A DNA stretch of 64,000 nucleotides. Source: Callorhinchus milii (taxonomy: Eukaryota). This document shows positions 36,183-49,736 of the stretch, in pieces. Each line of letters starts with the position of its first letter. Within the stretch, counting starts at the first letter, position 1. A program made the position numbers and the translations under genes. Under the pieces are notes generated by a model. That model was not told the DNA's origin. It did no database searches and was given only the letters and a program-made list of their open reading frames with translations. The DNA lies in assembly GCF_018977255.1 (NCBI RefSeq), contig NW_024704743.1, positions 80,788,001 to 80,852,000 on the forward strand, written 5' to 3'.

Positions 36183-39100
36183 AAAACAACAATATTACAT
36201 TTATAGAGTGCCTTTCACATTGGAAGGCGCTGGATAGTCAGAGGTCAGGACCTGAGCATGGGGGAGGTGTGAGGGAGGGGTGAGGGAAGGCAGAAAGGTG
36301 GGAGGGGGACTGAAGGCACGATCGAAGAGGAGGGTCTTGAGACTGGCCTTGAAGGAGGCAAGGGAGGAAGCAAGGCAAAGGGACTGTGGGATGGAGTTCC
36401 AGAGTGTGGGGGCAGAGAGGCTGAAGCTCGGCCACCAATGGTAGGGCAGGAGACATGGAGCAGACTAGAGCCTGCTGAACGGAGGGAGTAGGCAGGTTGG
36501 TAGGGAGTCAGCAAGTCAGAGAGGTAGGAGGGGGCAAGGCCATGGATGGCTTTGAAAGTGAGGATGAGGATCTTGAATTCGTTCCTCTGAGGGATGGGGA
36601 GCCAATGGAGTCAGGCGAGGGTGGGAGTGATGGGGTCACGGAGCCTGGTGCGTGAGAGTTCGAGTTTTGGATGATGTGTAGCTTGTGAAGGGAAGAGTTG
36701 GGAAGGCTGATGAGGAGGGAATTTCCATAATTGAGCCTTGATGTGATGAATGCATGGGTGAGGGTCTGGGCAGCCTGAGGGGTGAGGCAGTGGCGGAGTC
36801 TGGCAATATTGGGAGGTGGTGGTAGGCAGTAATAATAATAATAATAATAATCCGTACATTTGATATAGCGCTTTTCACATCTTCTACACGTCTCAAAGCG
36901 CTTCACAGAATATGCTGTAAAGTGAATTGACTGTATATTTGTGGGCAAAACGCAGCAGCCAATTGAGCAAAGCAGTGTCCCACAAACAGTCGTGGATTGA
37001 AAATGACCAATTTATTATTGTTTTGTTTTTTGGAGGTATTATTATTAAGCATGTGGAATAAGGAAACTTGCCCAAGGTTTTGCCCTGTCTGGAATTGAAC
37101 CCAGGTGTCTCGCTTGCAAGGCGAGTGCTCTAACCACTGAGCTCCAGGACTCCACAAGTGGAGTGGAGTCCTGTAGGCCTTGCCCCCTCCTAACTCTCTG
37201 ACCTGCTGACTCCCTACCAACCTGCCTGCTCCCTCCATTCAATAGACTGCGGCCTGAACCATGTCTCCCGCCTTACCATCAGTGGCTGGGCTTTCAGCCT
37301 CTCTGTTCCCACGCTCTGGAACAGTGGCGTGGATGTGAGGGAGAAAGGCCAATTCAGGGTCAAACAAGATACCCAGGTTCCTGACTGGCTTAGTGAGGTT
37401 GAGTGTGCAGCCATGGATGCTGATGCTGCCAGCGCCTGAGGTGCGGAGACGTTGGTGTGAGCCAATCAGGATGGCCTCGTTCTTGCTGATGTTGAGTTGG
37501 AGAAAGTTGGCCCTCATTCAGGACTTGATGTTGGATAGGCAGTCTGTCAGGACGCCAGTAGTCCTGGAGTTGAGGGTGGAGGCAGAGAGGTAGAGTTGGG
37601 TGTCATCCGCATACATGTGGAAATTTACCCCATGTCTGCGGATGATGTCACCAAGAGGTCACACATGGTCAGGATGTCGTTTGTGACCTTAACCAGACCA
37701 GTTTCCGTGCTGTGGGCAGCAGAGAAACCCGATTGGAGGTCACATGGAGGAAGTGGGAGGAGAAAAAGAGCGAAGCTGGGAGGCGTCGGCTCTCTCAAGG
37801 ACCTCAGACAGAAAAGGGAGGTGGGAGAGTAGCTGGATAATTGTGATGAGTCAAGGGAAGGTTAAAGGGTAGTGATAGTGACTGTTTTGAGGGGGGTAGG
37901 AACAGTGCCTGATGACAGGGAGAGGTTGATGATGTTGACAAGTTGTGGGGCAAGGAGGTGTAGCTGGGATTTAAGGAGAGGGGTGGGGATGGGGCCCAGG
38001 GAGTAGGTGGTGGGTTTCATGGAGGATATGGTGGTGATGACAGAGGAGGGAGTGACAGGTTCAAAGGTGTGCAAGGAGGGATGGGTAGCAGTCGGAGTGT
38101 GGGGAAGGCGTAGGGAGGGGGTGGAAGTTGGGAGGGCAGTGGCAGCTGAGCAGATTCCCTTGATTTTGGACTCAAGGAAGTCCAGCATTTCCTCGCAGTG
38201 TGAGTCGGAGGAAAGAGAGGAGGGCGGAGGAGCCGTTTGGTGATGGAGAACAGGAGCCTGGGATTGTCTTTCGCCTCCAGGATTAACCTGGAGTAGAAGG
38301 ACGATTTGGCTGATGCGAGAGCAGAGTGGTAGGTTTTGATGTGGTCCAGCCAGGTGTGCCAGTTAGGCCGGACTTGAGCCAAGTGCGTTCGGCAGACCGC
38401 ACCTGTCCCTTGAGCAAGCGGAGATGGCTGATGAACTAGGGTGGGGATCGGGAATAGGAGGCAGTTCGGGAGGTGAGGGTGTCAATGGCGTTGAGTGTGG
38501 TGGAGAGGGTGCTGTGGAGGAGAGTAAATGCAGAGGATGGGTTGGTGCAGGAGGTGGGCCTGAGGGGGAGGAGTTCAGAGGACTCCAGGGCAACAGAGAG
38601 GAATTGCAGGGAGATCTACAGGTGGTAGAACAACAATAAAAACAACAACTTGGATTTATATAGCGCCCTCCACGACAGACAGCATCTCAGAAGATGGTGG
38701 TAGGTTTGGAGGCAGTGGGGAGAGGGATATGGGAGTTGAGGGAGATGAAATGGTGGTCAGAGATGACCTTGAGGTCCCGGGTGATCATCAGGTCGAGTGG
38801 TTGTCATAAATGTGGGTAGCAGAGTGGATGTGGAGAGAGAGGTTGGGAGAGGAGAGAGGAGAAGTCTGAGAAGGTGGAGCAAGAGGGGCTGAAGTGGAGG
38901 TTGAAGTTGCCTAGGATGATGAGGCGGTCAGAGCAGAGGCAGAGGGAAGCTAGAAGGGTAGAGATGTCAGAGATGAAGGTGGGGGAGGATTTTGGGGGGC
39001 AGTAAATTAGGAAACTTTTTAATGAGAGATGGGAGGGATGGCAGAGGGTAAGGTGTTCAAAAGAGGGGAATCAGCCAGCGGAGTAGGGAGATAGGGAAAG

Positions 39101-39620
39101 TGACACCCTGGAGATGAGGACCACACCACCACCATGGGGTTGGGGCATGGGGTATAGTGGTAGGTGTAGCCGGGTGGTGTGGCCTCAATGAGGGGGAAGG
39201 TGTCACCTGGGGTGATCCAGGTTTCAGTGAGTGCCATAATGTCAAAGTTCTCATCAAGGATGAGATCATTGACGACCAAGGTCTTATTGCAGATGGATTG
39301 GACGTTTGGAAGGCCAATGCGGAGTGTACAGTTGGCAGGGGGATGTTTGGGATGGGAGGGGGTAGTGAATTGGTTGGCAGGGAGGGTGGGGATGCAGGAG
39401 GGAGGAGAGGAGAGGTTAGCTCTTGGGTCTGGGTCCAGGGTGGCTTGCGATGGTAGTGGGGAATAGGGCAGTCGGTGTGGCTGCTCCTGGACAGCCAACA
39501 CTGAGTGCCACAATGAGCCCAGCAGAGGATTCCCAGGAGGGGGGCATTTTGAGGAAGAGCCAGCTCGGCTCGGAGGCGGCAGCCAAGTTGTTGCGCACAC
39601 TGAGACGAGAAGCGGCAGAT
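36183..39620 (-). mobile_element. Long L2 LINE (EN plus RT, degenerate), interrupted by a SINE
   Basis: LPNVQSICNK...DIMALTETWITPGD (EN), HSTET.LVKV, HMYADD, ORF2 C-terminus and tail at about 36183. Confidence 0.9.
36830..37155 (-). mobile_element. tRNA-derived SINE, full length
   Basis: Same family as 3934-4237; sits inside the L2. Confidence 0.9.
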
Positions 39621-40566
39621 TAGTGGGACATTGTCAGCCTGCAGGAGGCTGGGGGGGCTAGAGATGGTGCAGAGTGGGGAGGGCGCTCATTGTGATTAGC
39701 AATGAGCAGCCTACAGGGGAAGGACAGGGGAAGGAGACAGATGGAGGCACATTGTGCGTCATAGGTGCACTACAGTTACACCTGGTGGCCACGCTGTCTC
39801 ACCATGTCCTGTGCATTGTGCGTCACAGAACACGTATTGAATTGTTTTTCATTCTCTTGGATTCAAAGAGGTTATAAAGTATTAATCTGCTCCAAGACTT
39901 TATCCAAGTGAAGAGCATTATATAATTGTAAGGTGTTGTTGATTGCTATGCCCTGACGCATATTGGGAGATTTAAAAAGTGGATTAAGCCTTGGGGAATT
40001 AATGACGGATTAATTAATTGAATTGAAATACAGCAATGATGATGAACTGGTGGATCAGGTTTGATGGGTTTCTATGTTTTTTTTAATCATTTATTAAGTG
40101 CGGAAACCCTCCTGCAAAATTGTGTCATATATCTCCATTTTTACAGATCGATCGTCCTCCATCTCTCATTTCATTTTACATTGCAATCTCTGGAGCACCT
40201 TTGCAGTTAATTGTTTGAGCTCAATATTTGGTTTTTCAGGTTTGAATCCTTGGCAGCAGGTATAGTATAATTTATACCAGTATATTACAAAGGAAAAGTT
40301 TTTCATGAGTCATCTTTGTGAAACTTGTCACAAGGAGAATTCACATATTGGTATTACCTTAATCCTTGCATTTGATACTAAAATCTTCTGTCAATTGTAG
40401 AGTGTTTAGTCTGTTTACTTTGATGCAAGAAATGGGAATATAACTCAAAATGCTGAGATTCAATATATGGTGTTTAAACATCTGAATATTTCCTTTATAA
40501 TTTACTGCAAAAATGTTCAAGATCTGAAGCCATTTATAAATAAAAATCTGAACTTCATTTTGTTTC

Positions 40567-40788
40567 CACACTCCACACGCCTAATAATAATCCCTCAAGA
40601 AAAAAANCAATAATAAATTGGTCACGTCACTCCACGACTGTTTGTGGGATACTGCTGTGCGCAATTTGGCTGCCGCATTTCACCCACAAATATACAATCA
40701 ATTCACTTTATAGTATGCTCTGTGAAGCGCTTTGAGACGTCGAGAAGGCGTGAAAAGCGCTATATCAAATGCAAGGATTATTATTATT
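40567..40788 (+). mobile_element. 5'-truncated SINE (contains an N at 40607)
   Basis: SINE body and tail; a similar headless copy is at about 35880-36093. Confidence 0.85.
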
Positions 40789-42129
40789 AAACGCAAGACC
40801 TTTCCGATGAGGCGTAAATCACATCTCTACGTCAATCGGTTATCGAGATCCTTCTTGAAGCGCAGACAGGCATTGTAGTTTTATTAATATAGATGTCTCT
40901 ATTTGTAGATCACTTCTATCTCTACTCTGCAGACTGTTTTATTTTCTCCTTTGTTATGTGCCATTAGTTTATCTTTATCTTTCTCCATTTTTTCCTTATT
41001 TGGTTCTCCTAATTTTATATATTCTTCCCATACTATTACACTGGCCTGTGCTCCTGTATCTAATTTTCACTAAATGACTTTCCTTACTTGGTTACACCAT
41101 AGATATACCATGCAATCATTTTTTCTATTGTGTGTACTCTCTTTATGAGTTCCACTGCTTCAATGTTGTACTCTTCTTGTTCACTTTCTCTGGATTCTTT
41201 ATCTGAGCTGTCTCTCCTGTAAGAGATTTGGATGGAGATGACCAATACAGTTGTGTAATAATCCAAGGTTTATTAAGTAAAACAAAGTTTAATTTATCCT
41301 TAAAACTGAGACCACAGATACAATAGAATCAATATTGATTCCACTGGGAAGTGCACTGAACCTCTACGGCAACTCCAACTATTTCAAAATTACATCTTTC
41401 TTTTATGTCTTTCTAACGCCATCTCCTCTTGTCACAGAGATAGCCCCCACCCTTCGCTGGCTGCTTTGCACAGAGAGAGATATGGACAACTTCTGGGCAG
41501 CCTCCCACAGTCTGCTTGTTTCTCAGCCTTGCGATAGGCAGTTGTCTGAGGCTGCAGCCTTTTCTTTCTGTGGTTCTTTCTGGTTCTTACATCTATGCTC
41601 AAGGACCGAATTGCAGTGAGACATTCAACAGCTTGTTTTTACCATTCACTGTAGGGTTAAAAACATATCCTTCAAGGTCGGTACGCTCCTTTTGTTCTTG
41701 GCAGTTTAAATGTACTGATGTTATCAATACTGATGTCTTTGTGATACGTAGAGTCAGTTCTATTTCAGCAAAACAAATTCATGAATTTTGTGATTTTCTT
41801 TGGTCAATTTAAGACGAACTAGAATTCTGGGATTGAGAAATTTCCAGTCCCCACCTTGAGTGGGTCAAGCTGACAGCACAGGCCCACTATCACCATCAGA
41901 ATCTTCACGATTCCCTTTTACCTCAGCCACCACATCAATCCTTTCAACTAATTTTAGTATCTGTAATTACAACATATCATTCTCAACAATAACATGATTA
42001 ACATAAACAGTATGGCTACAGAATTTTAATTGTTAATCCAAAGGATTATAGGTAGGTTACATTCTAAATGTATATAAAGATTGATTAAAAGCCTTAAACA
42101 TTTATTAAACATCACAAATATAGTCTTAC

Positions 42130-43480
42130 ATTTCTTTCATATTCCCTGGATCTAATTTGCCCAATTCTGGTTCTCCTCAGGTTATTTGGCCTCTTGTACT
42201 CTCTTCTTTCTGTTTTCCTGTGCTTTGTATCTGCTATATCTCTCCATAGTTTCTTGTTTATTCCTTCATAATGCCCATATCGTTTGCATTTATAGCATTC
42301 TTTTTCTTCTGCAGGACATCACCTCATAGGATGTTCTAATTCGCATTGCCACACTTGTCCATTCTGTTTGGCCCCTCTCCAGCCCTGTATATTCTCTGTA
42401 GTCCATACTCTTCATCTGTATCATTTCAACTTTGTCTGTTGGCAGTTCATCTAGTTCCATTTCTGTGTCTCTTCCCATATCTCACATATTTATTTTTGTC
42501 ACTTCTTCAATCCTTATTATCTCCATTGCCGATTGTAACAACAACAACAAAATTACATTTATAGAGCGCCTTTCACGTTGGGAGGACGTTCCAAAGCACC
42601 GAACAGTCAGGTGTTGGGGCCCGAGCATGGGGGAGGGGTGGTATAGGGGTGAGGGAAGGCAGAGAGGTGGGAGGAAGACCAAAGGCCCGGTCGAAGAGAA
42701 GGGTCTTAAGACCGGCCTTGAAGGAGGCAAGGGAGGAAGCGAGGCGAAGGGACTGTGGGATGGAGTTCCAGAGTGTGGGGACAGAGAGGCTGAAAGCTCG
42801 GCCACCGACGGTAGGGCGGGAGACATGGAGCAGGCCGGAGCCTGATGAACGGAGGGAGCGGGCAGGTTGGTAGAGAGTCAGCAGATCAGAGAGATAGGAG
42901 GGGCAAGTCCACGGATGGCCTTAAAGGTGAGGACAAGGATCTTGAATTCGATCCTCTGGGGAATGGGGAGCCAGGCGAGTAACGTTAGATCTCCTTTTTT
43001 CAAAAGCGTTCCTCGTAATCTACTATCTTTTATGCCAACAACAATCTGGTCCTGTATCATTTCCTTTCTTAATATTCCGTAATTGCAGCATTTACTTTGG
43101 GATCTTAGTTCCACACAATTCTGGTGGAATGATTCTGGGTCCCTATTTCCTGTTCCAAATTTAAATCAGTCAATTATTACATTATTTTTCCCACAGCATC
43201 TTTCCACCATAATAATCATCAACTCCTCCACTGGCATGTCCACCTCTCTCTAGGGTTCCAAAATATTCCCTTATATTCAAAAAGATCGCAGACTGCTTAT
43301 CTTCTCCGTTCCCAACTTAGATCGTTTTAGTCATGTTCGCCAAATCTGCAGTGAGACATTCAACAGTTTGTTTCATTACATGCCTGTGGCAGTTTCATCA
43401 TCTCTGATGCTATTCCAAAAATTTCTTTCAAACCGTCCATTTCACTCCAGGTTACATTTTTACTTCTGACATTATGTATT
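42130..43480 (-). mobile_element. Degenerate Gypsy-type LTR retrotransposon gag with PBS remnant
   Basis: CNYGILRKEMIQDQIVVGIKDSRLRGTLLKKGDLTL (gag), CPAEEKECYKCKRYGHY (zinc knuckle, about 42260-42320), and taca-TAATGTCAGAAGT resembling a tRNA-Leu(CAA) PBS (TGGTGTCAGAAGT) at about 43462-43474. An L2 3' fragment at 42537-42980 interrupts it. Confidence 0.7.
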
Positions 43481-43489
43481 AGTCCTCAA

Positions 43490-46392
43490 TCCACAATTCC
43501 CCACTACAGGCGCAAGCCACCCCGGACCCTGACCCCAGGGGCTAACCTCTCCTCTCTCATCTGCATCCCCACCCTCCCTCCCTCCCAACCAACTCACTAC
43601 CCCCTCCCATCCCACACATCCCCCTGTCAACTGCCCACTCTGCATTGGCCTTCAAAATGTCCACTCCATCTCCAACTGGACCCTGGCCGTCGATGATCTC
43701 ATTCTCGATGAGAATATTGACATCATGGCCCTCACGGAAACCTGGATCACCCCAGGTGACACCTTCCCCCTTATTGAGGCCACACTACCCGGCGACACCT
43801 ACCACCATGCCCCACGCCCCAACTGTCATGGCGGTGGTGTGGCCCTCATATCCAGGACGTTACTTTCCCTATCCCCCTACTCCACTGGCTCGTTCCCTTC
43901 TTTCGAATATCTTAGCCTCTGCCATCCTTCCCACCTCTCTCTAAAAATTCTCTTACTTTACCACCCCCCAAAATCCTCTCCCACCTTCATATCTGACATC
44001 TCCACCCTCCTTGCTTCCCTCTGCCCCGACCACCTCATCATCCTAGACGACTTCAACCGCCACTTCACCCCCTCCTGCTCCACCTCCTCAGACTTCTCCT
44101 CTCTCAGCCTCTCCCTCCACATCCACTCTGCTACCCAAACCCATAGTCACCCGGTCGACCTGGTGATCACCCGGGGCCTCAGTATCTCGGATGTCACCAT
44201 CACTGACAAGGCCATCTCTGACCACCATTTCATCTCCCCCAACTCCAATATCCCTCTCCCCACTGCCTCCAAACCTATCACCATCTTCTACCACCCATGG
44301 AAGAAGATCTCCCCACAATCCCTCTCCACTGCCCTGGAGTCCTCTGACCTCCTCCTCCTCTGGCCCACCTTTTGCAACAACCTACTCACTGCGTTTACTC
44401 TTGTCCACAGCACCCTCTCCACCACACTCAAAATCCTTGTCCCCCTCACCTCCCAAATTGCCTCCTATTCCCGATCCTCACCCTGGTTTACCAGCCACCC
44501 CTGCTCACTTAAGGGACAGGTGCGGTCTGCCGAATGCACTTGGCTCAAATCCAGCCTAAAGGTCCACCACCACATCTGGCTGGACCTCATCAAGATCAAC
44601 TGCTCTGCTCTCACCTCAGCCAAATCATCCTTCTATTCCAGGTTAATCCTGGAGGCGAAGGGAAACCCCAGGCTCCTGTTCTCCACCACCAACTGGCTCC
44701 TCCGCCTCCCCGCCATGCTTCACCAATTCTTTCCTCTGACTCTCACTGCGAGAAAATGCTGGACTTCCTCATCCAAAATCGAGGGAATCCGCTCAGCTGC
44801 CACTGCCCTCCCAACTTTCAACCCTTCCCTAACCCCACCCCACACAGATACCCATCTGACAATTACCCATTCCTCCTTCCACACCTTTGAACCTGTCAAC
44901 CCCTCCTCTGTCTTCACCACCATATCCTCCATGAAGCCCACTACCTGCTCACTGGAATCCATCCCCTCCCCTCTCCTTAAATCCCAGCTCCACCTCCTTT
45001 CCCCACTACTCGCTGATATCATTAACCTCTCCCTGTCATCTGGCACTGCTCCTTCCTCCCTCAAGACAGCCATTATCAACCCCACCTTGAAGAAACCTTC
45101 CCTTGACCCATCACAGCTATCCAGCTATCGGCCCATCTCAAATCTCCCCTTCCCATCCAAGGTCCTTGAGAGAGCTGTTCACAGCACAGAAACTGCTCTG
45201 GTCAAGGTCACAATGACATCTTGACCATGTGTAACCAGGACTCCCTCTGCATCCTGGTCCTCCTCGACCTCTCTGCCGCCTTTGACACCGTGGACCACTC
45301 AATCCTCCTCCAACCTCTCTCCTCCCACCTCAACCTTCAAGGTTCTGTCCTTGACTGGTTCAGGTCCTACCTTTCACACCGCCGCCACTTCGTCACAGCA
45401 AACGGCTTCTCCTACAGCCCCACACCGTCTTGTGTGGTGTTCCTCAGGGCTTTGTCCCTGGTCCCCTCCTCTTCACCCTCTACATGCTCCCCCTTGGTGG
45501 CATCATCCTCAGACATGGGGTAAATTTCCACATGTATGCGGATGACACCCAACTCTACCTCTCTGCCTCCACATTGAACTCCGGGACTACTCAGGCACTG
45601 GCAGCATCAGCCTCCACGGCTGCACACTCAACCTCTCTAAGCCAGTCAGGAACTTGGGTATCTTGTTTGACCCTGAACTGTCTTTTCTCCCCCACATCCG
45701 TGCCATGACCGTCACTGCCTATCATCACCTCCACAACATTGCCAGACACCACCAGTGCCTCACCCCTCAAGCTGCCGAAACCCTCACCCACACATTTGTT
45801 ACATCAAGGCTCGATTATGGGAACTCCCTTCTCATCGGCCTTCCCAACTCTTCCCTTCACAAGCTGCAGAACTTCCAAAACTCTGCAGCTCTTGTACTCT
45901 CACACACCAGGCTCCACGACCCCATCACTCCCACCTTCGCCCGACTCCACTGGCTCCCCATCCCCCAGAGGATCGAGTTCAAGATCCTCATCCTCACCTT
46001 TAAGGCTATCCATGGGCTTGTCCCCTCCTACCTCTCTGACCTGCTGACTCCCTACCAACCTGCCCACTCCCTCCATTCAGTGGGCTCCGGCCTGGTCCAT
46101 GTCTCCTGCCTGACCCGCCCTACCATCATTGGCCGGGCTTTCAGATTCTCTGCTGCCATACTCTGGAACTCCATCCCACAGTCCCTTCGCCTCGCTTCCT
46201 CCCTTGCCTCCTTGAAAGCCGGTCTCAAGACCCTTCTCTTCGACCGGGCCTTTGGTCACCCTCCCACTTCTGTGCCTTCCCTCACCCCTACCCCACCCCT
46301 CCCCCATGCTCGGGCCACGACACCTGACTGTTCAGTGCTTTGGGACGTCCTCCCGGCGTGAAAGGTGCTCTACAAATGTAATTTTGCTGTTG
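43490..46392 (+). mobile_element. Long L2 LINE ORF2 (EN plus RT), frameshifted, with 3' end
   Basis: [65 protein letters not shown]-terminal LWNSIPQSLR and tail. Confidence 0.93.
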
Positions 46393-47222
46393 CCCAGTAA
46401 ATTCCTCTAAACTCTTTTAGATCTGTTAGTGACTATGTTGCCCAATCCCTTTCCCAAAATCCTTTTATGCTTCCTGCTTGCTTCTCATTGGTCAACGTCC
46501 AATTGCCAGTTTAGCCTTTCAAGTAATCTGCAACAATTGAAGGGGGACCTAGAAATGATTAAAATTATAAATGGTCTCATTAAAGTAAACATAAATAGAC
46601 TCTTTCCACTTGTTGGCGAGTCCATGACAAGTGTGTGTAAATATAGGATAGTCACTAACAGATCTAAAAGAGAAGTTCAAAGGAATTTATTTTCGAGATG
46701 AGAATGTGGAACTCAATGTCAGATGCTACAGGTGGAACAAAAAACATGAATGGATTTAAGAGGAAATTCTATACAAACGTGAAGGGCGTAGAGGAGTATG
46801 GGTGTGGCTAGAGAAGTGGGGAATTAGCATGGGTATGAGGCTCAGGTGGAGTATCAACAACACCAGGGTGGGCTGAATGGTCTGTTTCAGTGTGGTAGTT
46901 CTGTATATGTGATTCGTGAAATGAAATGATGGGTTTCCCTTGACACACATCTCCATGAATCAGTCCAAATAATACAATGAGATCCATTGACTTTGTGCAA
47001 TAAATGCTATTTAATTTACAAAATTTTTTGAAACAATGTCATTTTAAAATCAAGACAGTTTCTAAGTTCCATTGGTAGATGAGTAGAAATTCACACATTA
47101 ATCACTATTAAACTGCTTGAAGAATACTGAGATGGAAATATATTGTGAAAAATGAATAGAATCTGGGAAGCAACTAACTTGCCTTTGATTTTCTTTAAAA
47201 TACCTCTGCAAGGCAGTCGATA

Positions 47223-47539
47223 TTAAATCTCGTTATTTTGCACTGAATCCATCATTTTTTTAAGGAACTTGTTTGACACTTTTCTGGCAAGTGAGTTCAT
47301 TTTGCTTCTCTTCAGTACTCCCACTAACATTTCTACGGTTATCCTCTTTTTCTGCTTTCTCTTCCATTCTATTAGATAATCTATAACTTGCTGCTGATGC
47401 TGTCCCTTATTCCATCTTTCCAATATATTAGCTCTGGGCAGCTTAAGCAGAGTTTTTCCTATACTGAAAATTTGGCGTTGCTTCAAATTTTGTTGTGATA
47501 CGAAATAGAAAAATATTTCTTCGCACTTGGAAAGACCCT
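47223..47539 (-). CDS. TNFRSF6B: Paralog B exon 4
   Basis: (E)GLSKCEEIFFYFVSQQ...EWKRKQKKRITVEMLVGVLKRSKMNSLARKVSNKFLKKMMDSVQNNEI*; symbol tentative. Confidence 0.85.
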
Positions 47540-49166
47540 CTGGAAGAAAGAACAAAAAGAGCAAATTTTGTATTGATTTAAGATTTTAAAAAAGCATACG
47601 ACAAATATAAAAGAAAAGCACAAATCTTTTAAACTGTTAGAAGAGATGCCAATAAATTTGCTCCCTCCCTGCCTGAATTTTCTCTCCCCGGTGGCATCAA
47701 TGACTGAACTGGCTGACTGTGGTGATGCCCTCAGCCACACAATAGAAGAGCATAGGAGAACAATTCCACTTGCTGTTTAGGGATGTAGTGACTCAGACTA
47801 TGAAGACTCATAAGAGTTTTGGATAAAGAGCACATACACAATACAAAATTACATTTGTATTGCGCCTTTCATGTCGGGAGAACGTCCCAACTATCATCAA
47901 AGTCAGGATGCAGGACTGCAGGAAATTATTTAACCACATCTATGTTTCTAGACGTCATAGAGAATAACTTGGGGTCTGTTAATCAGCTATTTCAGGATGT
48001 AACATTATGTTCAATGAAGATAATAGAAACCAAGATTAATGGGCAGGAGTTAGACGGACTCAAACTCAAACAGAGAGATTTTCTGTTCTGATTCAAGTTC
48101 ATCCAAACAAAGTTAAACCTGATCAGAATCTGAATCAGTCTCCGTCTTCATTCAAAAATGTAGTCTTGTAACATCTGTGTACAAAGCTTAAAGAGACAGC
48201 ACTAGCGCCAGTGCAAATATATGGTATGACATAACCTAATAGAAAAGGTCATTGAATTTAACAATTCAATGTTGTGAATATTGTTATAAATGCTCCAACC
48301 CAAAAAACAAGCCCAATTTAAGTACTAAAAAAAAGAAAAAAAATTATTTTATAGGCAGATGCTACTGTACAATACAATACAATTTACATTTATATTGCGC
48401 CTTTCAAGTTGGAAGGATGTCTTGAAGCACTGACTGGGCACCTGAGCTGGAGTAACAACAACAGCAGCTTGGATTTATATAGCGCCCTCCAGGCCGGACG
48501 GCGTCTCAGAGCGCTTCACAGTTACGGATCCCGGAATAGGAGGTGGAGGGTAGTTTTGGCTTCTTAAAAGCAGAAGAATTCATCAAACAGGTTTCACCAA
48601 GTATATCAAACTATCTAAGTTCCACCAGTGGTTTCTGGCAACAGATTGTTCTTTTGTTGAGTGTGAATTAACATTCTAAGAGGTTCTTCTACTCTACTAT
48701 TAACTACTGTAATGGAGACAGGGAGCACTGAAGATCATGCCAACATCTTTCATAAAAACTACCTTTTATGGTGGGTGTTCCTATATTTTCAATCTATGTT
48801 TATTCACTGAAATCCAAAATACCAATTATCTTTCCATTTGATGCAGCAATTTATCCCAAAATGTCTCACAGGATTTACTGTGAAGTTTAATGACTGTGGA
48901 TGTGTAGGTGAGCATCTCCAAAGAAAATCCCCAAACTTGAAAGCCTGACCAAAACTGGATTCCTAAACTGTACTACCATATCACTACAGGTGGTCAAATA
49001 TGCTCTAACAAAGCACTTTATTAATACTTGCAACAACAAGAACAACAAATTACATTTGTATAATGCCTTACTAAAAACTTATCGGCCAGTCTAAAAGAGC
49101 AGATTTTGGGCTATTGCTGCACATTTGTTCAAATTTGCATGTGAGAGAATAAAAGTTTATAAACAC

Positions 49167-49349
49167 CTTTGGAGGAACCAGGCTGGCAGGGACCACACAA
49201 GTTGTCATATAATGAAGTACCAGGAACGTCCAGCTTTAAATCCAATGCACTGCAGTCTGTGTGTCTCTTACATTGCTCAGTGGTAGAACTTATCGATGAA
49301 TAGAAACCGTCAGGGCATATTTCACATTGTGTGTCCATGTGTGGAGTGC
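49167..49349 (-). CDS. TNFRSF6B: Paralog B exon 3
   Basis: 183 nt, nucleotide-identical by eye to paralog A exon 3, with the same splice sites. Confidence 0.92.
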
Positions 49350-49380
49350 CTGATAAGACAAGCAGAGTGAAAAAATACAT

Positions 49381-49431
<51 letters not shown>

Positions 49432-49736
49432 CCTTGCATTTGATATAGCGCTTTTCACGTCGGGAGGACGTCCCAAAGCGCTTCACAGAATATACTGTAA
49501 AGTGAATTGACTGTATATTTGTGGGCGAACGCGGCAGCCAATTGCGCACAGCAATGTCCCACAAACAGTCGTAGATTGAAAATGACCAATTTATTATTGT
49601 TTTGGGTTTTTTGGAGGGATTATTATTAGGCGTGTGGAGTAAGGAAACTTGCCCAAGGTTTCGCCCTGCCTGGAATTGAACCCAGGTGTCTTGCTTGCAA
49701 AGCAAGTGCTCTAACCACTGAGCTACAGGACTCCAC
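49381..49736 (-). mobile_element. Young full-length SINE with a long (TAT)n tail in paralog B intron 2
   Basis: Near-identical to the copies at 11688 and 63253; absent from paralog A. Confidence 0.92.

Noticed and set aside
40601..40610. Single N base
   Set aside because: Assembly ambiguity in a SINE poly-A run; noted only as a caution about local sequence quality.
43725..45224. 499-aa ORF as a host gene or active L2
   Set aside because: It is L2 ORF2 with frameshifts and internal deletions in the RT region.
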